Shown here: piece after piece, positions 15,101 to 29,308 of the stretch
How positions within the stretch are numbered: position 1 is the stretch's first letter
Layout of the letters: the number at the start of each line of letters is the position of its first letter
Assembly (NCBI GenBank): GCA_046563655.1
Contig: CM102285.1
Span: 4,278,001-4,342,000, forward strand
DNA length: 64,000 nt
Source of the DNA: Yuukianura sp. NJ FZ-2021
Lineage: Eukaryota
Direction: 5' to 3'
Translations under genes and position numbers: made by a program
The notes under the pieces: model-generated
Told to the model about the DNA's origin: nothing
The model's database searches: none
Seen by the model: the letters and a program-made list of their open reading frames with translations, nothing else

Positions 15101-18100
15101 AGTCAAAGTTATGGCTCTAACGTTATTCTCGGATTATATGGTCATCACATCTCCACAAAAAACGAATCTTCGTTAAAATTTCACCTTCTTCCTTAAGTCC
15201 AGACATCGTCCATATCCCACAGTTTCAAAAACAAAAACTCAAAAACCTTGCCCGGGTTATGTTTAAAAATCTGAACAAAAACGGTGTTGTTTGGAGTTAA
15301 CCTAGGTTTTGCATGGGAAATTTGAGGCTTGTCCTTGTCCTTCATAAGCTCCTCAACCTCTTCAGTGTATCCTCTCAACAGTCACGAGTTTGAAAAACAG
15401 CAAGTTCAAGGAAATTCGCATTCATGCCAATTAAGAGGCATGTGCAAAAAACTATTTTCTCCCATTGTAAACTTTTGACGATCTGCAAAGACTTTTAACC
15501 TCTGCGCAGGACGATGCGCTTAGGTTTTTAAATCTTTAAAATCTGCGGAGTCACCTAGATTAAAATTAGCTAAGTTAGGTAGCTAGGGTAGGGATACGTT
15601 GGTACTAAATTTTCAAGGTACAAGATGAAATGTTGCAGAAAATTTTGAAAGCACAAAATATCGTAGGTATTTAGAAACGATTTTCAAAAAAAAATATTTT
15701 TTTTACATCGATTTTTTAAATTTTAGAAGAAATCGGACTGATTATCTTTTCAGATCAGAGGGGGCGTCATTTCTTGAAATTTTTCTTTGTGCTCAAAATG
15801 TCAGTGTTACTTTAGAGAGCCCTTCAGGAAACGGTTGTCCATTAAGAATTACAGCCCATACAACTATGATTTTGAAGTCCCCCGCCCCTTGATGTAGCAG
15901 CGTTGCGGTGGGGCCTGGAACATTTCTGTCCAGACCGTCCTAATCAGAATCAGCTCACATTCACGTCGATTCCTCTTAAAGGGCCCTCACGATTCTTCGA
16001 ACTTCAATCTATTCAGGCTCAAAAACACTTCCCTTCGACGAGTTGGAAATGGTTCGACATTGACATAGTAACGAATCATGGCCTAAAATTACACAAAAGT
16101 TCTGGGCAGCGGACTGAAGGCCCCTTGGTAAGGGTAACCGCCCGTCTCTTTTTCAAAAAGAAGGTTAGGCTAGGCTTAGTTTGTTACTAAGGGCCCCCAT
16201 TTGTTCTCTTATTTGAGAAAGACTTTTGCCGAAAACAAGTTTAAAACTGTCGAGAAATTGGCCCTTGTCAGAGCCCCGGAAACCCAAAAAGATTTGACCC
16301 CGAGACCGAAGTAGGAGAAAACCTAGCCTAACTTCCCACTGTGTCAATTGTTATTGCCGTAAGATATAAGTATAACATTGCATAGACTTCAAAATGTTGA
16401 GTATATAGGAGCTTAAGTTTTTGGCTTAAATCCGGCCTTTTAAATCCAGTTCCACTCGAGTAAGTCTGTAGACTCTTCCAGTGGTCTAAAACCTAACCTT
16501 AAAAGTTGGTTTATGAGATCCATTATACTGCCATGGAGTTCAGTCGTCATGGTCGGTTCAAAGCCCCTCTCACGAACATAGAAGGTCACCGTAGCCAAAC
16601 ACGCGGTGCAAAAAACGAAACCATAAGAGGCCCACACTAAAACATGATGAGAAGTTGTTGCCAATTTAAATGGCAATGGGAAAACAGCCAGAAATGCTTA
16701 TGAGGCACCAGGTAATACTATGGAAAGGAAAATCTAGATGCAATTCAACTGGAACTGCTCACAAAAAGTATACTTTGGTCTGTCTTTCCCAAGTGTACTG
16801 AAAGCATATGCCAAGATTCAATCGTTTTAGGAACTACGCCATCTCCAAAGACTCAAATCCGACGGTTAGTTTCAAGGTGAACAAAATCTTACGCATGTCC
16901 AAAATCCATCAAGTAGTACCTCACATGGAACTTGGATTTATGCAAGTTCCAGAAGGCGTATTTGGCAAAAACAACCAAAACCAGACACCGACATGGCAGA
17001 AGCAGTTTTGATGCAATTACCTCATCAATTTGTCATCTTTCCATAAATTATATTCAGACTCGTGCACAATTCACTAAATAATACAAAGCGGAAACCAAAT
17101 GACTACAAATGCAAACCAATGAAAACACTCGAATTGCCTGAATATGAATTACTGTGGAATTGTTACATTGATTTTCCGGTATTAATCAAGGTTTTTGTTT
17201 CGTTTTCCATAAACCGACGCCTCCTATGCATTTTGTATTAATTCAAAAAACAAAAAGAATTGTGAAAAACAAATTAGCCGTTCAGGAAATCAGAGTCTAA
17301 GGTCATGGAGTCTACGGAGTCGAAAATCCTGGAATTCACACCATACGCCACTAATTCCCACAAAAGGAAATACAGTGCGAATATTCATTAACTCATTGCA
17401 GTACTTTGCACCATTTTACCATGCAATAAACCAGCACCACTCTAATTATACTCATCAAAAGTTAATGTTATTTAAATACAGAACTGCAAAAAATACAAGC
17501 CGTTTATCATGAAATCAGGCAGGTTTTATGTTAGGTACCGAACCTAATGTTAGAGTGAGTGACCCTCTTCAGTACCTTAACCATTGAGTTTTTTTTTATG
17601 ATTTGAATAATTTTTAAGTTTTAATATTTGAACATAGTGCAAAAAACTTTTCTAAACGAACCGGCATAGCCTACTTTGAGTTCAAGCGCTTTGGCGCAGT
17701 CGCAGCGATAAATCTTTGTCCTGGAACAACCTCCATCATCTTCACCTATCAATCTTTCAATAACTTTTATCTCCAACTGGTTTCACTTCCTACTGGATTT
17801 GGATTTGCAAATGTTGTCAATTTCCTTTTAATGCCGCCCACGCTTAGACTCTGGGCACAAAAACCTCCAAAAAAGCCAGTTGGAACAAAAACATAGTCAG
17901 CACCCAAGCAGCACTTTGGTCATGGGAAAAACAATTGTGGCCATATAGGGAAGAATGATCTCGTAAGCACAAGGAGTGCTGAAACTGTGAGGTACTAACT
18001 GCATGTGCTGGCAAGAAATTGGCACAGTACGACTACTTAATTAATTCCGTGCCTATTCCTCTGCTCAACAAATCATATACAGTACCTACAAGGGGTGATA

Positions 18101-21100
18101 TTCAGGAAATAAAAAGCAACCAAAAGTTCCCCAATTTCCCAAACAGCATAAAGTATAATTTTGATATTAAACTATTATACATTATTCATTTTTAGTATAG
18201 TTGGTTATGTTCCAGCTATTTCTGACTTAGACAATAGAAGATGATGCACTGCCCTTCCTAACAAAAACGAGCCCGAGTAGGCAGGGATGGGCGAAAAGAA
18301 GCAAAAACAGGCGTTGGCCTTGAGCAGAGTTGCAGGGGATGAGGGCCTCATAAAAATCAAAACTAAATCTTCATATTCATAAAAACGAACACCTATTGTT
18401 ACACCTATTATTTCACGTTTCGTGCGTTAGTTTAATAGTCTTATTCACAGGATACTTGTTAACCAGATCAAAAACGAATTCATATTTGTCAAAACGCTAA
18501 TTCGCAAAGACGCCTGTTATTCATGAGGAGTTGACACAAAGCTACAGCCACAAGCATAACCTAACCTAATCTTACACTTCAATTTACTTAAGCCTTTACT
18601 AAAACTGTTCTTGAAACTAATTGCTTTCATTTTAAAAATGTTTACATTATGTATACTTAAATATGCTTAAAGCAAATTAATAAACTCAGACATGGAGACA
18701 AAAAAAATGCTCTCAATGCCAATTGTTTGGATGTTAGACAAAAAAAAATCATTTGCGAGTCAGCGTTTTTCCAGATTCTAATTCAGTCAAGCATATCATC
18801 GTACCAACAAAAAATCTGAAATTGTAACTATACAAATTTCCATTGAAAATTTGAATTTTTTCCATGAAAAGCGGTTCAAGGTGACAAAAACTAAAAATAT
18901 ATCTTCAAAAAAATATATCCCACGACTAAAAATTTGTCACTAAGAAAATTTAGAGTAGGATTCGCCTTAGCTAAATCTAAACCTAAACCCTAACCTATTT
19001 CAGCATGGTTAGTGTAAGACGTTTGAATAATTCAACTGTCAAAAGTCACAATATTGATTTGATTTGTTATGACTTTGACATGTAACAAACAATACAATAA
19101 TACAAATCGAGGCACTTGGTCATCACCTTCACCACCTTCCGTGACATCCCAAACAACAAAATAACAACAAAAAAAGTTGCGGGTGGAAGTTACTACTGCA
19201 CTTTATTACCGTTTTGAAACTTTAATCGACTATGATTCACTAATAAAAACACATCATCTTCTACTACCAGGTATTAAAGTACCTGTCTGTCTGGATGACT
19301 TATACTACACTTTTACATTAAGTTGACTACAATGGAGTTTCCGTGGATTCTATAGAAAAAGAAAGGTGCGCAGTCAGTCAGCCAATGTGCATCTGCGCAT
19401 GGCAGGTTGACCATACACTGTGACTACTTCTGCAAGATTGAAATCTAGATGACTAGTTATATGAAACCGCAAAAATAATTATCCATTTATGAGATGACTA
19501 ATGCCAAGTGTGGAGGTGATTCGGTTTCTGGCGCAAACTTTTGAATTTTTCAGCGAGAAAAGAATTCAAACAGTACTGGCAGTAGGTTAGGGTTTGGAAA
19601 ATGTTGAACATATATTTTGAGCTGTCGTTTTGAAATCTTCGAATCGTTTATTTATAATAACTAATTCTGGCTCTGAGTTATTAGCTGACCTAAGCAGAAT
19701 TCAAGCATGCGTGGCTTGAGAACCCTAACAATTCAAGCACCGACAAAGGCCATGGAGGGGTAAACTGACCACCCAAAGACCTACATCAGACATCAACACT
19801 TTCCAACTTGTGTGCCTAGTCATTTGAAATCCCAGATTTAGCAAAAGTGTGGTAATAAATTGACAAGATGCTTCAAATTGGCAAAGTGGGAAGATGAATT
19901 ATGAATTGGGTGTTGGCGACACCAAGAAAACTGGAGCGATGAGTCTCCCGTTCCTTGGCGTCTCATCCAACACATAACTAAAGTAAAGTTAAATATTAAA
20001 TTGAATGTGATGCAATTTAGGATTCTGGAAGTCATATCAACTTAAGTCTTAAGTTAACGTCACCCGAAGACTGGTGGCTGCTGACTCTTCACTTTAGAGC
20101 AACATTTAATTCCTGATCATATTAATAGAGCAGTTTGTTAACTAAAACAGGAGTGGAGAGGGTCAAAGGCATCATCATCTTCAATCACGTTCGTAAACAA
20201 ATGTCGTCGTGTCGACTAATTCCATCTTAGCTCAAATTCAAATCCTGATCCTGCTGGAAACGACCTGGCTAGACCCATGACTGCACTTTTTTGCAAACAG
20301 AAGTCACTAACTAACCTAGCTTTGGTTATGTTAGGCTAAAAACCTAATAACTTTTTTACAATTGGGTTTAAATTGAATAGAACTGCGGAAATGAACAGGC
20401 GAAGGTGAACAGCAGGGTGACTGAACTGATGACGAATGGTGTAACCTCATGTGTCTGCTAGCTACGTCTGTTTGTTTGTTGTGTCGTGCGTCGATTTCGA
20501 TTCTGTTCGAATAATGGAATAAATTGGTTTGTTTACCTCCACAAGACCATTAACCTCCAATCAAAACAGTTTTCGCTTTTTTAAATTTTACTTTCAGTAA
20601 AAAGTGTATCACCAATAAAAGAAAAAACACTAATAAAAAGTGTTTTGAAAATCTATTTTGAAATCTATTTTTAGAACCTACGATTTTTTAGAAAAAAACA
20701 ATAATCGTGAAAATCCGAAACTGAAAAAAACTGAAATTTCGAACAGCTCAACTGTTTCATCTGAAATGAAAAGTTCACTTCTGTTTTTTTTTGTAAACAC
20801 CTCAAAAAAATCTTATCGCAAGAAGGTGTGCCAGAAGTTAGCGGAGTTTTTGAGTTGAAAAGTGTGCAAAAGCATGCCTTTCTTAAAAACAAAAATCAAA
20901 GGCAACTTGACCTCGAAGTCAAGTAGACCATGACCTACCAAGGTCAAAATGACCTTTTCGAAAGCCAGGACAATGACCTTGAGCTTTCCAAACTTTTCGT
21001 GCCCATAAGCCGTCTCAGCAGCGTATGCTATGGTTGAAACAATAAGTAAAGTGTTTGTTTACCTTAGTTGCATCTGAGTAGGGAGTGGAAGATGACTTGT

Positions 21101-21212
21101 CAATTAGCAGTGAACCGAGACAAGGAGATGCCGGGTAAGATTCGGACGAGGACGTGGACGTAGGTGATGATGACCCGGATGACCCCTGCTCTTCTTTGAC
21201 CCCCGGGAACAT
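12195..21212 (-). CDS. SoxC: SoxC-group HMG-box transcription factor (Sox14/Sox4/Sox11-like), 3 exons, ~548 aa
   Basis: Exons 21212-21063, 14105-13226, 12811-12195 join in frame through GT-AG introns (phases 0,1). HMG box [75 protein letters not shown] is SoxC-type; upstream STPYSDAT and downstream SHFEF motifs fit SoxC. Confidence 0.92.
20908..20982. promoter_or_regulatory. Cluster of nuclear-receptor response elements in SoxC intron 1 (EcRE-like IR1, FTZ-F1-type sites)
   Basis: Five exact AGGTCA/TGACCT half-sites in 75 bp (20908, 20931, 20941, 20950, 20974); AGGACA-A-TGACCT at 20967-20979; CCAAGGTCA at 20938-20946; TCAAGGTCA on the minus strand at 20974-20982. Confidence 0.55.
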
Positions 21213-24200
21213 TATGGTTAAGTGAAGATGAGCGATGAGTTGAAAGCACTGAATGTCATGGACATAAGAGAAGTGATAGTCTGTTGCCAGTGGACGACTT
21301 GACCTGTCGTGGACGTGTCACGTGAGTCCTAACTAATTAAGACAATAGGTTATTGTGAGGTTTAGGTTAGTGGGTATGGATTCACTCCACACCACTTCGA
21401 ATTGAGTTTTGACACTGAGACGACTCTGGACAGATCCTGCTCCTTTTTACTTCTGAACCGTGGGATATCATACCAACCAACCCTCCTTATCCATATGACT
21501 CTTTTAAGCTCTCTCGGGGACCAACATCTTCCAGCAGGCAGTTTATCTTGCCAGATTAACATAAATTGTTGTCAACAATTAGGGCTTTTTAGTCGCTCAT
21601 CACTTGACAACGTTCACTTTTAATTGCAATTAACACCAAGGACAGGTGAGATGCCTCTGTGTGGACAATGACCCCTTGTTTTTAACTTTATTGGAAATCA
21701 TGATTAAAACCGGCAACACTCATATTTTGATCAAAGTTGTTAAAAACATAAAGCGACACTTATGCACGGGCATATGTGAACCGCAATGTGTCTCTAAGGG
21801 CAACTGTCACATGCTCTTATGTAATACGTAGTGAGAGACGGTAAATGGCTTGGCTATTCTCGGGTTGGTAAAATTTTGTACGACGCACGGTACAAAAGTT
21901 TCCGTACATACGATACCCGGGATCATTGTTTTACCGCTGTTTGAGAAATCGTGATTCAAAAGTTTCAAGAATTGTGGTATAGGAATTTGGCATGTCAAAG
22001 TTCTTGTCGAAGGACACAAGTCCAGGTTCTGGAATGGAGAAGGCACACTGAGGTCAGGTCACGATTTCCCGTCACATCGTGTCCTGTGAGGTCGACTTTT
22101 GTAAATTGTCAAGTTCAAAGTACATGCAATGTTGCAAGCTGCAATTTGAATTTTAAGTCTCAAGATATTACTGAAATTACTAAACTGCTAAGGATGAGTC
22201 GTGTTTGAATCTGCATACAATGAAAGTACTTGGAACCAGCAAGCAGCAAGTAATGAATTGATTTTAACAAGTGTTTTCAGTTTTTAATCCATTCCTAATT
22301 CAATTCATTTTCCAACTTTTTCCTGTTTTTGAGTATTTTTCATCAGTGTTATATTAAAAAGCCGGTAACTTGATGCAATGTGTGGTAATGATTTTCAACA
22401 TCTTCCGCCGGAGACTGTAGTGGAGTGAGTGATGATGAGACTGTTTGTATAATTGTTTATGAATTCCAGTCATGTCGTGACTGACCGCCAATCCAGAATG
22501 AATGAGCAGAAGACAGGTGAGTTTAGAATGGCAACATTTAAGATTTTGAATGGGATTCGTCATTTCCAGTCTCCAGACTAACCTAACCACTCACACTAAT
22601 ACGAAACACACCGGAAGGAAACTGCAAAGTAGTTTTGGGATTAATCGTAGGAAAAGATGCTTCCTTTTCATGATTAAGGACGCATGTGCATTTAGCATTA
22701 AGAAAGGAAACACAAAATTTAGCATGAATGACTCTCGAGCAGTCTAAAATGCCACCGTGGGAATTCACAACTTGTGAATCCTGTTTTGGTTTTTGTGATT
22801 ATTATTAGCACAACTTTTAAACTTTTTGTTTAACTTCAGAACTTATACAAGCCTGTCAGGAAATCTTTGACTTCTTGAAGTTTTGAGAGTCTCTTGTACT
22901 CTTTAGGCTCTTCTGAATTGAAACATAACCAGACACTAATGAACGGTAACTTATTAGCCAGCGTTTCTTTGGAAGTCAGTTATGGACATTACACTACTGG
23001 ACAGTGACCTTCGGCTAGTTTTAGGCTAGGGTTATGTAAGTTCTGTACGTTTAGAGATGTAACTTCCGGACGCACTGTCCATAAGTGATCGTTCATGAGT
23101 GTCCGGGAATCGATTGTACATGCTTACAATAGAGATGAAGAGCAGGCATTAGTATTTGAATGGAAATCAATAATATTCCCACGCTTTTCCAGTGAGGCAG
23201 GAAGTGTCAATCAAAGGTCATCTGAGCCGTTTAGACTTGGATTGACACAGTTTCTGTCGTCTCCCCATGTGGGTGTGTCCATCTCTGTCCAAGGTCGTAT
23301 GATACTGCACATCCAGAATTCCAACCATTTTCTATTACAAGAGAATGTTATTTTCGATGAATTTGATTTCGAAACATTTTGAAAACATTGAAAAAGTGTT
23401 CTGCCTGAGTCAAGGGCCCTTGAAAGCAGAAGGGAGGGGGTACTTTTTGGTTGGATACCTCGGGCTCAGCATCACACCAAATATGCTGTCAATGTACGAA
23501 ATTATGGACCTTACTATCTTCAAAAGCTTCAAAATCCTAAAGGATACATCGGATTCTGAAAAATTGAAGGGCCCATGCACCACCCACCCGCAAGAATTGA
23601 GAAATACCGTGTGGAATGTTTAAGGGCTTAAAAAGTGTTAAGGGCCCAGAGACACGCTGAAGGGCTCGGTCGAACTAAAATATATGTTAGGCTGGAGGGC
23701 AGTGCAGTAAAAATGCAGTATCCACTGCAATTCCGTGTAGCTGTTGGTGCCCTTAAACTATTCTTCATTGTTACTAACCAACTGCTTCAGTATGTTGTTG
23801 AGGTTCAAGGGACCCTAGGGAGCCCTTCTTCCTTCCATTGTTTACTTCTGATAATACTGCTTCTGACAAAAAAAAACTAACCGGGCACAGGAGAAATCAC
23901 CCTCATATCCAGGAAGGATGTGTGCTAAAGGGCTCTATGCTCCACTAAATTTAGCTTCCTTTCTAAAAAAAATTCTGAAAATTTCGAACAATCCAAGCAC
24001 TTTGCTCAGGTTTTACCGTTTTTGCAACAAAAAAAAAGTGAAAAAGTAAAAAACAACTTACTATAATTTCAGACTTTGTCACGTGAATAATCTCACTTTA
24101 AATTTGACCAACATACTTTTCATATAGTATCTATTTTTAGCGACTAATGTCGCCAAATATTAGCATATGCTAACATTTGTTTAGCTTATAGTTTTTTAGA

Positions 24201-27200
24201 TTATTAGATAGAGATAATGCAAAAAATAAAGTTTACAACACGGAGAAGTTGACACTCTCGTGAAATTTTCATTTCAAATTAGCAAGGTAAAAGGTATGAG
24301 GTGTTTATTGCAGCAAAATCCCATATTTGGATGATTAATTACATTGTAGAGGGTGATTCATACTTTGTTTTGAGTCCTTGAAATTTGTATCACAAAATTC
24401 TAAAAACTGGGAAATTGTTTCTATTGAAATTGTACTAATCAGAATTAGAAATTAGAATTTTGACCTGGATCTGACTCATAATTTTTAACCAAAATGGGAA
24501 AATACAATGCCAAGGTAGGCTGCGCAGAAAGGTACTCATGCATGCGGCACAGGACACTCTTCAGAAACCTCACGCAATTACTAAAACTAATGTAACCTTA
24601 GCGTAATTCGTTATTAGCGAAAACATTCCCTATGGAATTTTAACAATAGGTTATGCACACCTATTTTTTCTGCAAATGAAGCTGGTTTCTGCAAATGAAG
24701 CTGTTTTCTGCATCTGCTACTTCCGTTCCTTGTGTCCGGCTCCGCACCTTTACTATACGGTTAGGTTTAGTCATCAAATTAATTCAAATCAAGAGCAGAA
24801 AAATGACAGCGGCACCTCAACTCTATTGTTTGTTCTTGGCGCCTTTAAGCCCGAGCTACACCGCTGTTTTATTTTGAAGTGAAAAATTCTGCAAAAAATT
24901 AATGATGCAAAAAAAGTTGAAATTTTTTCACATTTATTTTTTAGGTTTTGGCGCATTTTAAAACAATTGTGGTTGTGGAATAGGATGGACAGGTGGGTTT
25001 TGAGCAGAAGCTACACAGGAAAAGACTGATCTGAAATAAATTTCACCTTCTGCATAACTTTTCAGCTTGGAAGCGTGGTCATTTTTTCTTCCTGAAATTT
25101 CAACTTTTACATGAGAGCAAATACAAAAGAGAGCTACAACTACTGAAAAGATGAAATTGCGTTAATTCCCATACCCACCTGTCATCCGCTCTTATGTGCT
25201 CTCAATGTAATTGTGAATATGGAATTATCTGTACGGAATCAGGCAGAGCAGATGGAACGAACAGGAAGAACTTAATAGACTTGACCCCGCGTCCCTGCAA
25301 AAAGAAAAAATTCTGTCTTTACAGATCAAGACTCAGCTCGAAGTTGACTTTAGCATTATGTACTATGCGGTATATGCAATCTGGTTGCTAGGCACCGCCA
25401 GAATTCCAACCGTTGCGCAATCATGAATGCGCAGATCATATTATATCGAGAAAATAAATTTTTCGCTAAACTGCGGGCGGTTGATCGAATGCTAACTGGA
25501 TATTGCATTAGTTGTGTAAGAAAAATCCCGAAAAACGTTTTCGAAAAAACACTATTTTTGAATTTGAATGCAAACGAAGGACAAACTGCAGAAACTTTGG
25601 TCAAATATGAGCAAACATATCAAGCAGTCTGAAGAATTCGGTTGGAAGATGAGGCACACCGACTCTTTACAGAAAAAAGCACAAATTTTGCCGTTCGCTC
25701 TGTATACTTAAACTGTTTTACGAAAAATCATTCAAAATCGATGCGAAGGGTGTAACGGATCGCTTTGGAAATTTCGCCTCTTTGGTTTTGCTCTAAGCAT
25801 TTTGGCTCATCAGTACACTTAAGTGCACCAAAAAGTTAAGTATTTAGCATATTCATGACTCCCTTGCCTCTGCCACATGCCACTTCCTTGGAAGAAATAA
25901 GTAGTCACAAGAATAAGGCCAGACAGAAGGGCACAGGGCCCATTAAATTATTCACGCGACGGACTTAAAGGAGGCTTCAAGGACTGAACATAGGAGTTCA
26001 AATTCCAGCTGTTGTCGCTTCAGCCGCTTACTGCAGCGACTGCTTCAGACAACTTGAGCATCTCTGCGTATAGTTACTCCCCCCAGCTTGTCTTATACCT
26101 GGATCAATTAAGTTTCTGCTCGAAATGATGGATGGGGATGCACGGGACGACGGCAGCAGTGTCGGACCAGATGGAAAGTGCAGATGATATTTCATAATAT
26201 CTTTGATCTTCCTGAATTTACATCTTCAAGATCACGAACTAAACCACCAAAGTGGCCAACTTAACTAAAAAAAATTGTTCAAATAACGTTTCAAAATTGA
26301 ATTTCCAACTCTCAAGAATTGTTTCTCCTTTTTTTTTTTGCAGTGGTGAATCCCATTAGCTATATTGCATTATTTGAATTTTGAATTCAGAATTTTTTGA
26401 TTTGTGGCGTTTTTTCTTAAGAATACATTTTTGGGTCAAAAACGCCTGAAAAGTTGAAACTTTGAAAGTGGCGATTGGTATTATGTAGCAACTTCTGAAT
26501 GAGAAAATTTGAAAGATTTTTAGCCTCGGCACCTTCTAAATAGCTGGAATTTGCTTTTTGAATTTTTTTTGTTACGATATTAAAAAAGGAAGCGGCGTAC
26601 GGAGAGAGTAGTGGAGGCTAACATGAAAATTTTAAAATCACATTTTTAATCTTCAGCAGCAGTTTGAAGTAAGGTTGTTTAAATTTGTTTAGGATTTAAA
26701 AGCACTTTTGGAAGAGAAGCGATTTGATAAACACTCTTATGCAAGCGAAAGCGTTTCCCCTGCTGCACAACGTTTATGGGCATCACCTGGACTTAATTGA
26801 GAAACAATGAATTCGAATCTGACTTGAAGAGCTTCCGAGGGGTTGCTTTTAGTTGGTTTGGAATAATATGGAATCTAATCCAAAGCAATTTCCCCTTCAT
26901 TTCTGAATAAAATCCCAGTTCGGAGAGATGTCTAAAAATGAGATTTATAAATCAGGGGAGGGCAGCTGAAGGAGCCTCAAAGAACCGGGAGCGGATGCTT
27001 GATACGGGAATTTCAGGGGATCAAAAACTATTTTCTATTATTTTTGAACAGTGCATTCTCTAGTGTACAAGTATTGCAGGGCTCTTCCGTTTCAGGCAGA
27101 CGCTGTACGGAAACTTGCGCACGGAGGTTAGAAGCACTTGGAAAAAACTGAAACAGGCATTTCATCTTTAGTTTATGTGAAATTAATCTAACCTCACCTA

Positions 27201-29308
27201 TGCAGTTAATGATGAGGGCTGCCAAAAATATTTGCTACAAACTTTGAAGTATCGATTTCAATTTTTTAAATAGCCATAATATTTACTTATTCACCATTCA
27301 TGGAATGAGAAAATAAGTATTTACACAGTAGTAACAATTAAACCAAAAACATTCATTTTTTAAATTGTGTAGATATGAAATACGTTTGACAAGCATGCTA
27401 AAACAAATCCTACTAAAAGTTATATATGGATTTACTGCCGACGATGTGCTTAACTTTTCAGTCTAAATAACTAGGTAAAAATAATTAAAAGCAATGTGTC
27501 CTGTAATTAAAATTAAATTAAATAAATTAATTAATTAAAATTCAATAATTAAAAGCACTCACTTGTTAGATTTTTTTTTTAAATTATTTACTTATTCTCA
27601 GCTTTTGTTCTTCCATTCGATTGATTTCGTGAAAGCTCCAAGAAATTTTGAAAATCGGTCCGTTACTTTCCGGTTGTAGGTTTCCTGGTACGAGGGCCTT
27701 CTGCTAGCTGGCACACCGTGTCGTGTCGTAAATTCTGAACAGTTCAGGTATTAGTCTGCACACGAGCCTTTGAGAACAAAGCCCTTCGCACCTGGCGTGG
27801 GCCCTTGGAAAAAGTGAGCTAAGCAGTTGCTTTGGCTACTTTCAGGAATTGACGTACGACTCAAAACTATCCGCGTGGCAGGCACCACCCCTAAAAATCT
27901 GCTTCTACTTTACACTTCTGTCGATGAAGGGACACAATTTCAGGTCAATGATTAATGTTTACTGCAAACGTGGAAAAGTTGCTTCCACATTTCAATAAAT
28001 GTAAAAAGTAGAATTCAAATGAACCAGTGTGACCTTTGTCATCTTAATCATGTCTATTCATGTCATGGCGGCGACGGTGGCAGCAGTTGGAACTTCTGGT
28101 TTACAAAAACAGTGACAAGCCAATTTTTGTTTAGGGTGAATTTTAAGAGAAATTGATGTTAACCCTGTGACCCGTCGGTGTACCTTACACTCTTGGTCGC
28201 CTAGCATTGAATTCACAATGTACGGTAGCAGCTGGAACCCTGCGCGCATTAATGTTCGCTCCTTAAAACATTCTGTATCCTTCAATCATACTCTAATTGA
28301 CGACCACTCCGTAGGTCCCAATGTTAACAGCATGACCATGCAAACTATATGTGCAAAAAACTCTCTCTGCTTGGAAGAGTGGAACGATCCTGGGGTGTCC
28401 CTTTAACATTGCTTCTCCAAGCACAGACTTCCACAAATTCCATCTCAACTCAGAAACCAAAAGCATGGGAACGTTTACCAAAACCAGAATCTATTGCAAA
28501 ACTGGAAGTTTACTTTAACACAAAAAATGTAATAAAGTCCAGTTGCAATAAGTTTTTAGACAGATTTTAAAATTCATTTTTAGAACATAAGAACGAATCA
28601 CACAAGGTTGAAAATTAATTAAACATTAAACTTTCTAAACAGGTTCCAAAATGCCTACTTGGAACTTTGAAGATCAATCTCATTCTGCTTCTTCTCAGGC
28701 CTAACACAACTGCTAAAAAGTTGACAAAAAATGCTTTTTCAATTCTTATTCTTGGAAAATTTTTGTAATTAGAGAGACCACCAGTTTTTAACAAATTAAA
28801 ATAAATTCATTTTTAAACCCAATCGTAGATCCCAATTTTCGGAAGTTAAATAAAAGTTTATTTTAACGCACCACATTCCGAAATTTAATTCCACCGGTAG
28901 AAATCTTAGGCAATTCGAACACTGCATATGGTATTACTTTTTTACATTTACAACTTTGTTTTTCAGTTTCGAAAAGAGAACTGAAAATTTCTAATAATTC
29001 GAAGTTAAAAAACATACCAGCCTAAAATTTCGTTCCCGTGTAAGCAATTGTAAAGTCAAATAAATTCAGAGTACGGTTCCTTAAATTTTAAACACAACTG
29101 GATGGCTTTGGTTTTAGAAAATTGTAGTTAACACAAAGCTTAAAAGACGTTAAGCACTACTTCATTCTAACGTTCATGAAACACCCAATTCCCGTTTACA
29201 CATTACACCATTTACGCGCTTATACGAACTTTTAGAATGTTAGGATGAAGTAGACCTAGAAATGAAACCTAGAATGAAGTAGATTGAATCTGTCGGTTGC
29301 TTTTGACT

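Noticed and set aside
27021..27030. Alternative Helitron 5' end at A|TCAAAAAC
   Set aside because: Less similar to typical TC(C/T)ACTA starts than 27408; not excluded without other copies.
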